Shown here: one piece after another, positions 27,546 through 36,658 of the stretch
Position numbering within the stretch: the stretch's first letter is position 1
Layout of the letters: each line of letters starts with the position of its first letter
DNA from: Bacilli bacterium
GTDB taxonomy: Bacteria > Bacillota_I > Bacilli_A > ML615J-28 > CAG-313
NCBI GenBank assembly: GCA_045123185.1
Contig: JBGVIL010000020.1
Coordinates: 19,715-83,714, forward strand
Direction: 5' to 3'
DNA length: 64,000 nt
Program-made: the position numbers and the translations under genes
Notes under the pieces: generated by a model
What the model saw: the letters and a program-made list of their open reading frames with translations, nothing else
Told to the model about the DNA's origin: nothing
The model's database searches: none

Positions 27546-28028
27546 TTATAACACATAGTCATTTATCATTTCTTTTACTTTATTAAACTTAACTTCATCA
27601 TAAACATAACTATGTCTTTCTTTAACAAAGTTCTTGCTACCACGCAATTCAAAACTATATCTAGGAATTAACTGTATATGATAATGATTGTTAGGTCCAT
27701 CACACATAGTACACATATATACTCTTTCACACTTATATACTTCTTTAATAATTATCATAAACTTCTTAGTAAATCTAATAATCTTCTCATTTATATAATC
27801 AGGAGCTTCACTTAAATCATGATAATGATTAATACTAGATATACACATATGACCATCAGCTCTAGGATTACCTACAAAGAAGCATTCTATATCTTCATCT
27901 TCATATATTAACTTATCGCTATTATCACCATACAAAGCACCATTATGTTTTCTATTAAAACAAGTTGGGCATATTCCTAAATCAACTAATTCACCTGGAG
28001 TTAATTTTAATAATTCTTTATCTTCCAT
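27546..28028 (-). CDS. HIT-superfamily protein with an HxHxQ variant triad
   Basis: NNHYHIQLIPR sits where HIT proteins carry HxHxHxx. The third-position Gln is the state found in the GalT/Ap4A-phosphorylase branch. An N-terminal CPTC motif is also present. Confidence 0.6.
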   Translation of the reverse strand: MEDKELLKLTPGELVDLGICPTCFNRKHNGALYGDNSDKLIYEDEDIECFFVGNPRADGHMCISSINHYHDLSEAPDYINEKIIRFTKKFMIIIKEVYKCERVYMCTMCDGPNNHYHIQLIPRYSFELRGSKNFVKERHSYVYDEVKFNKVKEMINDYVL

Positions 28029-28084
28029 AACTTAAAACTCCTTTCTATCAATTATAAATTTCATAATTCTTCATTTGATAACTT

Positions 28085-28113
28085 ATTATACCATTTTTCT
28101 ATTAAATAATCTA
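28085..28113 (-). promoter_or_regulatory. extended -10 promoter of the HIT/PNP/NDT-like/HEPN-like cluster
   Basis: On the minus strand: TAGATT, a 17-nt spacer, then TGGTATAAT. AAAGGAG SD lies 8 nt before the ATG at 28028. Confidence 0.4.
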
Positions 28114-28123
28114 TTAATATAGA

Positions 28124-28163
28124 TTAAATGAAAAGGTGAATCTACCCGAAGGTAAACTCACCT
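28124..28163 (-). terminator. rho-independent terminator of the RHS operon
   Basis: On the minus strand: AGGTGAGTTTACC-TTCG-GGTAGATTCACCT (13-bp stem, UUCG loop) followed by TTTTCATTT. Confidence 0.75.
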
Positions 28164-28191
28164 AGTTTTGCTTGTGAAAGTAATTTGCTAA

Positions 28192-28578
28192 TTATTTCAA
28201 TATTTCATTAAATTTTTTAATAATTTTTTTCCAATCCACACTGAACCAGAATACTCTTTGATCATTAAAGTAAATTTCATTATTATTGTCATTTATTAAA
28301 TAATAAACCACAAATGTATCGACTCCATTGAAAAACAACAAATCTTTTTTATTAAACTTTTCATCCGTATGACCAACAATAATTAATGTTTTTCTTTCTG
28401 TAAAGCTGTTTTTTGAATTATCATTAAATACATCCAATAAAGATTTCATATTTTCTTTATTGATTTTTTCATCATAAAAAATAACATATCTTCTTTTCAT
28501 AACTTCAAAGCATTCAAAAGAACAATCTATTTTTTTAATTAACGGATACTCATTTATTAATTTATCTTTAATAACCAT
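28192..28578 (-). CDS. putative cognate immunity protein of the main RHS toxin (soluble)
   Basis: 128-aa ORF starting 12 nt after the RHS stop, with its GAGGTG SD at the RHS gene's stop codon (its last 2 nt overlap the TAG). No TM segments and no recognised motif. Confidence 0.5.
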   Translation of the reverse strand: MVIKDKLINEYPLIKKIDCSFECFEVMKRRYVIFYDEKINKENMKSLLDVFNDNSKNSFTERKTLIIVGHTDEKFNKKDLLFFNGVDTFVVYYLINDNNNEIYFNDQRVFWFSVDWKKIIKKFNEILK

Positions 28579-28590
28579 AATTTTTCACCT

Positions 28591-31500
28591 CTAAAAATGT
28601 GGATAAATTGGAACCATAGGAACAGGTATTACTGGTACAATCTTCTTCCAATCAACACTACTCCAGTCAAATTTTCTTGCAAAATTAACTATTCCTGATA
28701 GTCCAGCACCGATAGCCGTTTGTAACAAAATTTTTTGTCCATATGGTTTCATAAATACACTTAAGAATTTTTTGGGTTCAAACCAACCACTATTCGTAGG
28801 TATTAATTTTGAACCTATCCAGTTTCCTGCAAATGTAGTAATAAAATTAATACCTAGATCAGCAACTGTTTGCCATCCATTCACAGTTTCACCTCTAATA
28901 ACTGTTTCAAGTGTATCAACTCCTGTTTGAACTGCAGCTCCTAACCCAGCAGCAAAAGCTAATGAAGCTCCACCAGTAAATGGAGACAAACATAACGCTA
29001 ATGCATTTACACCAGAACCTAGAGCAGCACCCGCGACTCCTCGCCATAAATCACTACCTGTTTCGCCGGCAAGTGCATTAGAAGCTAATTGAGCTCCTCC
29101 TCCTATAAGTATCGCAGCTCCTACAATTCCTATAATTGCCCAAATTCCAAAGTGACCTGTAGGATCATACTTATTAACGGGATCATTTCCACAGTACGCA
29201 TATAAATTTAATCCATTGATACTTTCAGGATCTAAATATTCGATTGAATCTGGTGAAATCCATCTGCATAATTCAGGCGAATAGTAACGTGAGGATACCC
29301 AAAATAACGAAGTTTCAACATCATAACAATATCCTTTATATAACAAAGCATTGTGCTCTATCAATAATTCTGATAACTGATGTAAGTTATGATTTACCGA
29401 GTATGGGTTTTCTATAGTTACTTCTCCAAAAGCTGTATAACTATATTTTACCATAACGTTACCATTCGAATCAACAATTTGATTAATATTACCTAATAAA
29501 TCTCGAATATACAAATATGTTTTGCTGTTATATTCAAACCCAAATAATTGATTGTTAATGTCATATAAATAATTAATAATGACATTATCTTTTACTGATT
29601 TTATTAATAAGTCATTATTATAATAATAGTTAGTTATACTATTTTGATTAATCTTTTTTGTTCTTAAACCTAATTCATCGTATTCAAACAATAATTCGCC
29701 GTAACCAGTTAATTCTCCATTGGTCCAAACAATATTAATTTCTTCGTCACCTTTAGTGATCTTTGTCGGTCCTTCTAAACTATTATATGTGAAAGTTGTT
29801 GTTTGACCATTTTTTGTTGTACTTAATAACACATTAGAATATAATTCTTCTGAATCATTAGTAGCATAAGTAAATGTAGTCATATCATTATTTTTGATTT
29901 TTTGAATGATATTACTATTTTGGTCATATGTATATATATATTCATAATCTAAAACAAGACCCTGTTCAGAAATAACATATTTGTATTCTTTTGTTAGTCT
30001 ATTTAAAAAGTCATATTCATAATTGTATTTTTCAATAATGTCACCACTACTATTTACAATTTCTTTAACGACAACATTATTAAAGTCATCATATTCATAA
30101 TTAATTAATTCATTACATGGGTTATATTCTGCTGTAGGAATATAGTTTATATATTCATTTTCATAATAACGATAATGATATGTAAACTCTTTATTATTAC
30201 AATTTATTCTTTTTTGTTTTAGTTTGTTGTCAGAATCAAATTCATTTGATATTGTTATTGGTAAATTATTATAAAACTCATTTAGCAAATCTTCACTTAA
30301 TGTTTGATTAGTTCCATCAACATATTCTATTGAATTGAAAAATCCACTTACATTGTTAATTGGTTTTACAACATTATTAGATACTTGAATATTAGATCCA
30401 ATATAACTAAAACAATCTTCTAATGAATAACTATTAGTATCACCTAAAGTAATTTCATTATTATCATTATAATCATCTAATAAATCCACTTTAATTTTAA
30501 AGTTATCATCATTTATTATTGTAATATTATACCATTCATCAAGTTTTAGATATATATCAGTATCAATAAACTCTATTGTGTTTGTTGTTCTATCATTTTT
30601 AACAACTAAAATTTCTCCCGAATCTTTTAATAAAAGTGCCCATTTTAAGACTTTATTTATATCATAATTAGATAAAATATAATTTTTTGTATTAATTTCT
30701 GGGTATTCCATAAGTTTAAAGTTTATATTTAATGCATACTTTTCTTTTAATCCAAAGTTATATCCAAGTAAAGAATATATCGAATTTTCTAATCTGCTAC
30801 AATGTACATATCGCTTTATAGATGAATCATAATAAAACAAGTCTTTATCATTATTACTAGTAAAATTTTTAGATACAATATAATCTATCGGAACATTATC
30901 ATTAATATATGTACCATTAAGTGGTATGAAACATGTTGTGTTCTTTTTGTTATAAATAATCGCTTGTGATGATTTATCCTCTTTAATACTATTAATGTAT
31001 TTGTTTACTTCATCAATAACAACATTATCTTCTGAATTAATTAATTGCTTATTTCCAACAGATACAAACATTACATCAAAATTAAAACGCTTTTCTGTAA
31101 TGTTTTCATTTTGATTTTCATCACCAATAGTAAATTTATTTAAATTTCCTAATAAATTGTTACAATTAATATCATAAGTATTTTTTTGATTATTTAACCT
31201 AACTTCTAAAATTGAAGTTGCGACTACCTCTATATACATCCATTCATCACAAATTACTTTAATATATGAATTGTATACATCATTAAGAGTTTGTAATTTA
31301 ATATTGTTATTCTCATCTACAACGACTTTAACATAATTTTGACCTGTTCCTTTTAGTGTCAATAATATTGTATTAGTTGTATTTGATAAATTATTAAGTG
31401 ATATTCTAAACCACATTGATATTATTTTATTATCAACAAGTTCTGACTGAAAGCTATCTTTACTATATTTTATACCTAAATATTCTTGACCATCAATTCT

Positions 31501-34500
31501 TTTGCTATTGATTTCATTCAAATTAATTCCTAGTCTTGAATTATTATCTTTAAATGAATATATCATTTTACCAAGAGTATCATCATAAACATAATCTACT
31601 TCATTACAATCACATGTATTACTATACATCATCTCATAGCATTTATTAGGAAACATGTAATCATTTAAATTAGAATTATTCATTTTTTCTATTAATCCAT
31701 ATACAGTATTAAATTTATTCTCTTGGATATTATTATAAAAAATATGTTGAACATAATTATTAGTTTTAATTTGTTCATATTTTATATTATCATTATTATC
31801 ATATTGGTATTTAAAAATTGTATCATTATTTTTTATTTCTACAGGTCTATATTGATTATCATAGCTATATTCAATAGTATGAGATACATTTATGTTATTT
31901 TCATTAACTGGTGCTTCTATACTAAATAAATTACCATGAATCATCTTTGCAACTTTAGATCGTCCTATACCTAGTTGTGGTAGATAACTATATATTGTTG
32001 CTTTAGTCCCTCGCTTAACACTTGCTAATTTGTTTTCTGAGTACCATGCTTTGATCAAATCACTATTATAATTACTAATTTCTTTTATTTTATTTGATAC
32101 TACATCTGATGATAAAGTATCGTTATAAACAATATCTTGCACTTCTTCATCATTTATTTTAATTAAAGTATCTCGATTATATTTATCACAATATATATCA
32201 TATTTATTATTACCTGCTAGTATTGTTTGTTGATAACCATTGTAAGTATTTAATTCATTATTGATTTTATTATATTGTATAAAAGATTCATCAAGTGTAT
32301 TGTTGTTACCATCTTGAACATTTTTAGTATTTGTCAATTTAATTATATCATTGTTGTTATAATCATATAATGTGCTATAAGTAATGTATTTATTATTTTT
32401 TTCTTTACTATAGTATTGTTTTGAAATTTGATTATTATCATTGTATTCAACATTCCACTCTTTATCATTTTCAATTAATTTAACAACATTATTTTTTATA
32501 TTAGTATCATATATATACTGATATTCTTCTTTCAAATTTCTACTGTTAGTTTTAACTCGTCTCGAAATTCTACCTAATGAGTCATATTCTTCAATATTTT
32601 CAATTCCATTTAAATGATCAAAAACAATTTTTCTGTCAAAATTTAATTCATTTGTTATATAATCACCCGAAGAAGTTTTATAACCAATTAATCTGTTATG
32701 ATCATATAAGTATTCAACAATTTTAGATGACGTTTCTAATGTTTGTACTTTAGATTCATCATCATATTTATTACTATAAACTTGTTTTGATTTGTAACAA
32801 TATAAATTACCAACATATACATTTGTTACATTATTCATAATTACTTCAATTTTAACTTGACGATATCTTCTATCAGCTGTTATAACTTTATCAATTACTT
32901 GAAAATCATAATAGTGCTTAATTAATTCTTGTTCAATAATATAATTGTTTTCTTCCGTTTCAGGTGAGACAAATGTTATTTTAACTTTAACTGAACCATG
33001 ATAATTTGAAAGATATTTTACAAATAATAAAACCCTCCAAGCTTCTTTTGGCATTATATTACAATTAATCTCTTTTTTTAATATTTTTTCATCAGTTAAA
33101 CTATTAGATACTTTTATAATATTTTGTCCAATTAATTTAACAAACTTATCATTATTAACATTATATGTTGTTACACCTGTCCATGGATCAGTATTAGCTG
33201 TTATATTGATACTGTCTATTTCTGCAGTTTGTTCGCCATATATAATATTATTATTCATATCTAATTTAGGATAAACATATTGATTTAATTCAGTTTTAGT
33301 ATTTAGTACTTCCTTTAATGTTGTGGCTAAATCATAATTATAATACAAGAATTCATTATTATCATTTTCAATTTTGATTGTACCATACCCTAACTGCGTT
33401 GTATCACCAATAGATGTAATTCTTAATTTTTTGATTTTTCCTTTAGTATACTTTATTTCATATTTATCTACGTCATATCCAGATATGTTTTCATCATCAA
33501 TTATGGTATTATATTCAATACAAATATTATTTATTTTTTCTTCAAAGGTATTATTTCTAATATATACATGTTTTGTTAATATATTACCCATATAATATTT
33601 AATATTATACTCATCAATAACAACATAATAATTATCATCACATATATATTTAACTGTATCGCCTTCATTTACAATCGTTATTTCATGAATAATATTTTCA
33701 TTTAATTTAAAGTAGATTTTATTATTTGAATAGTCGAACTCAACTACTCCACCAGTGTCATATTTTATTTTATATGTTGTTCCATCAGATAAAAGTATTA
33801 TTTCTTTATCTTTTTCATAACATATACAATATTGTTCTAGTTCTTCACTGTAAATTACATAAGATGAATTAATAGATGTACAGTACTTTTTTCCATCAAA
33901 TTCACTACAACTACCACTACCAGTATGAACATAATTCAAAGTTTCTTGTAAATAGTTTGTTATAAGCAATATTAAACCATTTAATTTAAACTCTACAAGA
34001 TAATTATAATTATATGGTGTCATGTAATATAAATCTTTTATTCCTCTTAAAGAAAAAGGAATATTAGGATTATTAAATTTAAATATCTCAAAGTCATAAA
34101 CAAATGCAACTTTTATATAAGAATCATATATAGTAAAATTGTGATCTTCAGATCCCAAATATTGACCTCTCCATGAATTAGTATTAATTAAAACATTATC
34201 ATTTCCTAAAGTATCAAAAAGTAAGTATTTGAGTCCATATTTTGATGTTTTAAATTCAACATAAATATTATTTTTAGTATAGTTATATTTCATATAATCT
34301 AAAAGATTGATAGTCGTATCTGAAACAACTGTTACTTTTATAAAAGAGTTAAAATGAAAGTTTTTCAAAAATACTTTTGTCACATCAATATAAAAAGTAT
34401 TATTGTCTCTTTCGATTGAGTCAGTACAAAATTCATCAATAATTTCATTTCCTGCCTCAACCCTTAGAATTGTATTATCAGGTAATATATTATAATTTAT

Positions 34501-34683
34501 TGCACATAAAACTTTTGTTATTTCAATATCTTGAATATGGGATGTTTCAATGTATATTTTAAAATATTCATCTTTTGATATATCAATTGAATCCGTATAT
34601 ATATTTATTCGATTTGTGTCACTATAATCTATATGACAGTCTTTAATTATTAAATTTCTTATTGTGCTTAAATAAAATGACAT
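28591..34683 (-). CDS. RHS/YD-repeat polymorphic toxin (~2030 aa) with a Gly-rich hydrophobic C-terminal tip
   Basis: Many YD-type repeats (e.g. YEYDDFNNVV, YNYEYDFLNRLTKEY, YTYDQNSNII) and the core end YDVETSLFWVSSRYYSPELCRWISPD...DPVNKYDPTGH. Start preferred at the ATG at 34683 (GGGGGA SD upstream); the alternative is 34704. Confidence 0.9.
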   Translation of the reverse strand: MSFYLSTIRNLIIKDCHIDYSDTNRINIYTDSIDISKDEYFKIYIETSHIQDIEITKVLCAINYNILPDNTILRVEAGNEIIDEFCTDSIERDNNTFYIDVTKVFLKNFHFNSFIKVTVVSDTTINLLDYMKYNYTKNNIYVEFKTSKYGLKYLLFDTLGNDNVLINTNSWRGQYLGSEDHNFTIYDSYIKVAFVYDFEIFKFNNPNIPFSLRGIKDLYYMTPYNYNYLVEFKLNGLILLITNYLQETLNYVHTGSGSCSEFDGKKYCTSINSSYVIYSEELEQYCICYEKDKEIILLSDGTTYKIKYDTGGVVEFDYSNNKIYFKLNENIIHEITIVNEGDTVKYICDDNYYVVIDEYNIKYYMGNILTKHVYIRNNTFEEKINNICIEYNTIIDDENISGYDVDKYEIKYTKGKIKKLRITSIGDTTQLGYGTIKIENDNNEFLYYNYDLATTLKEVLNTKTELNQYVYPKLDMNNNIIYGEQTAEIDSINITANTDPWTGVTTYNVNNDKFVKLIGQNIIKVSNSLTDEKILKKEINCNIMPKEAWRVLLFVKYLSNYHGSVKVKITFVSPETEENNYIIEQELIKHYYDFQVIDKVITADRRYRQVKIEVIMNNVTNVYVGNLYCYKSKQVYSNKYDDESKVQTLETSSKIVEYLYDHNRLIGYKTSSGDYITNELNFDRKIVFDHLNGIENIEEYDSLGRISRRVKTNSRNLKEEYQYIYDTNIKNNVVKLIENDKEWNVEYNDNNQISKQYYSKEKNNKYITYSTLYDYNNNDIIKLTNTKNVQDGNNNTLDESFIQYNKINNELNTYNGYQQTILAGNNKYDIYCDKYNRDTLIKINDEEVQDIVYNDTLSSDVVSNKIKEISNYNSDLIKAWYSENKLASVKRGTKATIYSYLPQLGIGRSKVAKMIHGNLFSIEAPVNENNINVSHTIEYSYDNQYRPVEIKNNDTIFKYQYDNNDNIKYEQIKTNNYVQHIFYNNIQENKFNTVYGLIEKMNNSNLNDYMFPNKCYEMMYSNTCDCNEVDYVYDDTLGKMIYSFKDNNSRLGINLNEINSKRIDGQEYLGIKYSKDSFQSELVDNKIISMWFRISLNNLSNTTNTILLTLKGTGQNYVKVVVDENNNIKLQTLNDVYNSYIKVICDEWMYIEVVATSILEVRLNNQKNTYDINCNNLLGNLNKFTIGDENQNENITEKRFNFDVMFVSVGNKQLINSEDNVVIDEVNKYINSIKEDKSSQAIIYNKKNTTCFIPLNGTYINDNVPIDYIVSKNFTSNNDKDLFYYDSSIKRYVHCSRLENSIYSLLGYNFGLKEKYALNINFKLMEYPEINTKNYILSNYDINKVLKWALLLKDSGEILVVKNDRTTNTIEFIDTDIYLKLDEWYNITIINDDNFKIKVDLLDDYNDNNEITLGDTNSYSLEDCFSYIGSNIQVSNNVVKPINNVSGFFNSIEYVDGTNQTLSEDLLNEFYNNLPITISNEFDSDNKLKQKRINCNNKEFTYHYRYYENEYINYIPTAEYNPCNELINYEYDDFNNVVVKEIVNSSGDIIEKYNYEYDFLNRLTKEYKYVISEQGLVLDYEYIYTYDQNSNIIQKIKNNDMTTFTYATNDSEELYSNVLLSTTKNGQTTTFTYNSLEGPTKITKGDEEINIVWTNGELTGYGELLFEYDELGLRTKKINQNSITNYYYNNDLLIKSVKDNVIINYLYDINNQLFGFEYNSKTYLYIRDLLGNINQIVDSNGNVMVKYSYTAFGEVTIENPYSVNHNLHQLSELLIEHNALLYKGYCYDVETSLFWVSSRYYSPELCRWISPDSIEYLDPESINGLNLYAYCGNDPVNKYDPTGHFGIWAIIGIVGAAILIGGGAQLASNALAGETGSDLWRGVAGAALGSGVNALALCLSPFTGGASLAFAAGLGAAVQTGVDTLETVIRGETVNGWQTVADLGINFITTFAGNWIGSKLIPTNSGWFEPKKFLSVFMKPYGQKILLQTAIGAGLSGIVNFARKFDWSSVDWKKIVPVIPVPMVPIYPHF

Positions 34684-34684
34684 A

Positions 34685-36001
34685 TTATTTCCCCCCATTT
34701 GCATAATTAACTACTACATTTTTATCTAAATGTTTTTTTATTGCATTGTTTTCACACATTAGCTCCCTGTTCCCTCTACCCGATATGAAAACAACTTCTT
34801 TGGACTTAATATTATCTAGTGCATAATGGATTGCGTCTTGTCGAGATTCGATAACTTTATATTTTATTTTTCCTTTTATAAGTTCTTCTTGTTTTGTTAA
34901 TAACTCTTTTAGATCATTATTGCCAGGATCATTAGCTGTTATTATTATTTCATCAGCATATTTAATAGCGTAATTATAAGCAAATCTCATATCATAGTCC
35001 ATTTGGTCTATATACTTTTGTGAAGTATATTCTTCATTCCAAGTCGGAAACACATTTCCAGTTGAACCTGTAATTAATGTTATTTTAGAAATTTCATTTT
35101 TATTTCGATAATCTGCTAATACTTCTAATTGAGGAATGCTACCAGAACTAATCATTACATATCCATTCTTGTATTTAATTAACTCATCACGGCCTGGTAT
35201 AGTCACATTCTTTATGAATTCTTTAAATATATGTTTGTCAAACACATTTAAAGTATCAATCAATGTAATTAAACATAATATATTTAGCCCATGAAAAGGC
35301 ATATTTAAGTTTGTTTTGACTTTATATGTTTCATTTTTATTAACTACTTCAAAATCAAGTCCTGAAAATGAATGATATTTATTATTGTTTGGTTTTAAAT
35401 AAAACAATACATCATTTTCATTAATATTTTTATTTTCTAAAAAATATTCGGTTGTATATGTTATTACATCGTTATCTACAATCTTATGATATAAATCGAT
35501 TGTAACATCACTTACTAAACCAATTATTTTTTTATGATTTCCCTGTGTTATGAATTGTTTTTTTAAATCAACATAATTTTCAAACATTTGGTTTTCTAAT
35601 GGTTCTATATTAGTTAATACTTTAATATCAAAATCAAGTTCATCACATATTCCTTTGTTTATAGTTGAATCATTAACTTCTAATATTAAGTAATCACTAG
35701 ATGTATTAACAGCTTCTTCCAATGCATGGTAAAGCATAACTTCGTTATTAATTGGAACTTCTGTTGAAATATTATTTATGTATATAGATGTTGATGAATC
35801 AATCATTATGCTTGAATACAAAATTGTTTTATATCCTAGTCTTTTTAAATATTCATTTAAAAGATATGCTACAGTCGATTTACCATGACTTCCAGTAATT
35901 CCAATTATTTTGAGTTTTTCATTTTGTAAATAGTTATGTTTCTTTTTAATCTTTGTTTTATTGTTTTTATATAGTTTATTTAATAACTCATCTTTTCGCA
36001 T
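34685..36001 (-). CDS. divergent Mur-ligase-family (MurE-like) protein
   Basis: P-loop IGITGSHGKST, plus LILEVNDS, VLTNI, IPGRDE, ITANDPGNN and SGRGNRE in MurE-like order. The DHLD-type and KR-type motifs are not recognisable. Its stop lies 1 nt before the RHS start. Confidence 0.6.
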   Translation of the reverse strand: MRKDELLNKLYKNNKTKIKKKHNYLQNEKLKIIGITGSHGKSTVAYLLNEYLKRLGYKTILYSSIMIDSSTSIYINNISTEVPINNEVMLYHALEEAVNTSSDYLILEVNDSTINKGICDELDFDIKVLTNIEPLENQMFENYVDLKKQFITQGNHKKIIGLVSDVTIDLYHKIVDNDVITYTTEYFLENKNINENDVLFYLKPNNNKYHSFSGLDFEVVNKNETYKVKTNLNMPFHGLNILCLITLIDTLNVFDKHIFKEFIKNVTIPGRDELIKYKNGYVMISSGSIPQLEVLADYRNKNEISKITLITGSTGNVFPTWNEEYTSQKYIDQMDYDMRFAYNYAIKYADEIIITANDPGNNDLKELLTKQEELIKGKIKYKVIESRQDAIHYALDNIKSKEVVFISGRGNRELMCENNAIKKHLDKNVVVNYANGGK

Positions 36002-36002
36002 G

Positions 36003-36593
36003 TTAATCTCCTGAAGGATTATATGATGATATGATTTTAAAATCAAAATCAATCATACCTATTTTATTCATTCTTGATATATCTCTATAAATATCCAATG
36101 AAATAGATAAATTTGTATTAATTAAATTAGGTATATTATATATTCGAACACGTAACACCTTTACATCATAAACTTTAAAATCGCCAATTGTTGGTAATAA
36201 TAATTTAACTGGTGCATTTCTTGAATATGCGTTTTTAACATAAAACACTGCATCATTAGACTCAAAAATTACTGGTATGTCAATATAGTCTACTAGCGTA
36301 TTTATTATGTATTCACGGTTTGTTTTTAATACAAATGTCTTTTTTTCAGCAATTAATGTTGTTGATTCCATCGGAACATAAGTAATAGATTTTAATGTGT
36401 CTTCAGTTACCCACTTATTAAAATACTCATATGTTTTTTCTAAATACTCTGTTCCACCTATTTGGATATTTTTTAATTCTGAATTATTATATTTACAAAG
36501 TATCATTTTATCATTTTTAACTTGATAATTTTGTAATATAATTTGTTCACCATCTTTAAATGTAATTTTTGAATAATTTTCTTTGTTTTGCAT
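36003..36593 (-). CDS. hypothetical protein, first gene of the RHS operon
   Basis: 196-aa ORF with an AGGAGG SD. Its stop lies 1 nt before the start of the Mur-ligase-like gene. No motif recognised. Confidence 0.5.
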   Translation of the reverse strand: MQNKENYSKITFKDGEQIILQNYQVKNDKMILCKYNNSELKNIQIGGTEYLEKTYEYFNKWVTEDTLKSITYVPMESTTLIAEKKTFVLKTNREYIINTLVDYIDIPVIFESNDAVFYVKNAYSRNAPVKLLLPTIGDFKVYDVKVLRVRIYNIPNLINTNLSISLDIYRDISRMNKIGMIDFDFKIISSYNPSGD

Positions 36594-36658
36594 GTTACCT
36601 CCTACAATTATAATTTATTTGTTTTAATTAACTACTTTTATATTACATAACCCACCTC

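Noticed and set aside
28591-34704. The longer RHS start at 34704 (MQMGGNNMSF...).
   Set aside because: That ATG lies inside the last codons of the Mur-ligase-like gene and has no SD. The ATG at 34683 is preceded by GGGGGA at proper spacing. Both remain possible, and the difference is only 7 codons.
36600-36640. TATAAT at 36612-36607 (minus strand) as the RHS-operon promoter.
   Set aside because: The box ends only ~4 nt before the AGGAGG SD, so the transcript would start inside or after the SD. There is no acceptable -35 box, and the true promoter could not be located with confidence.
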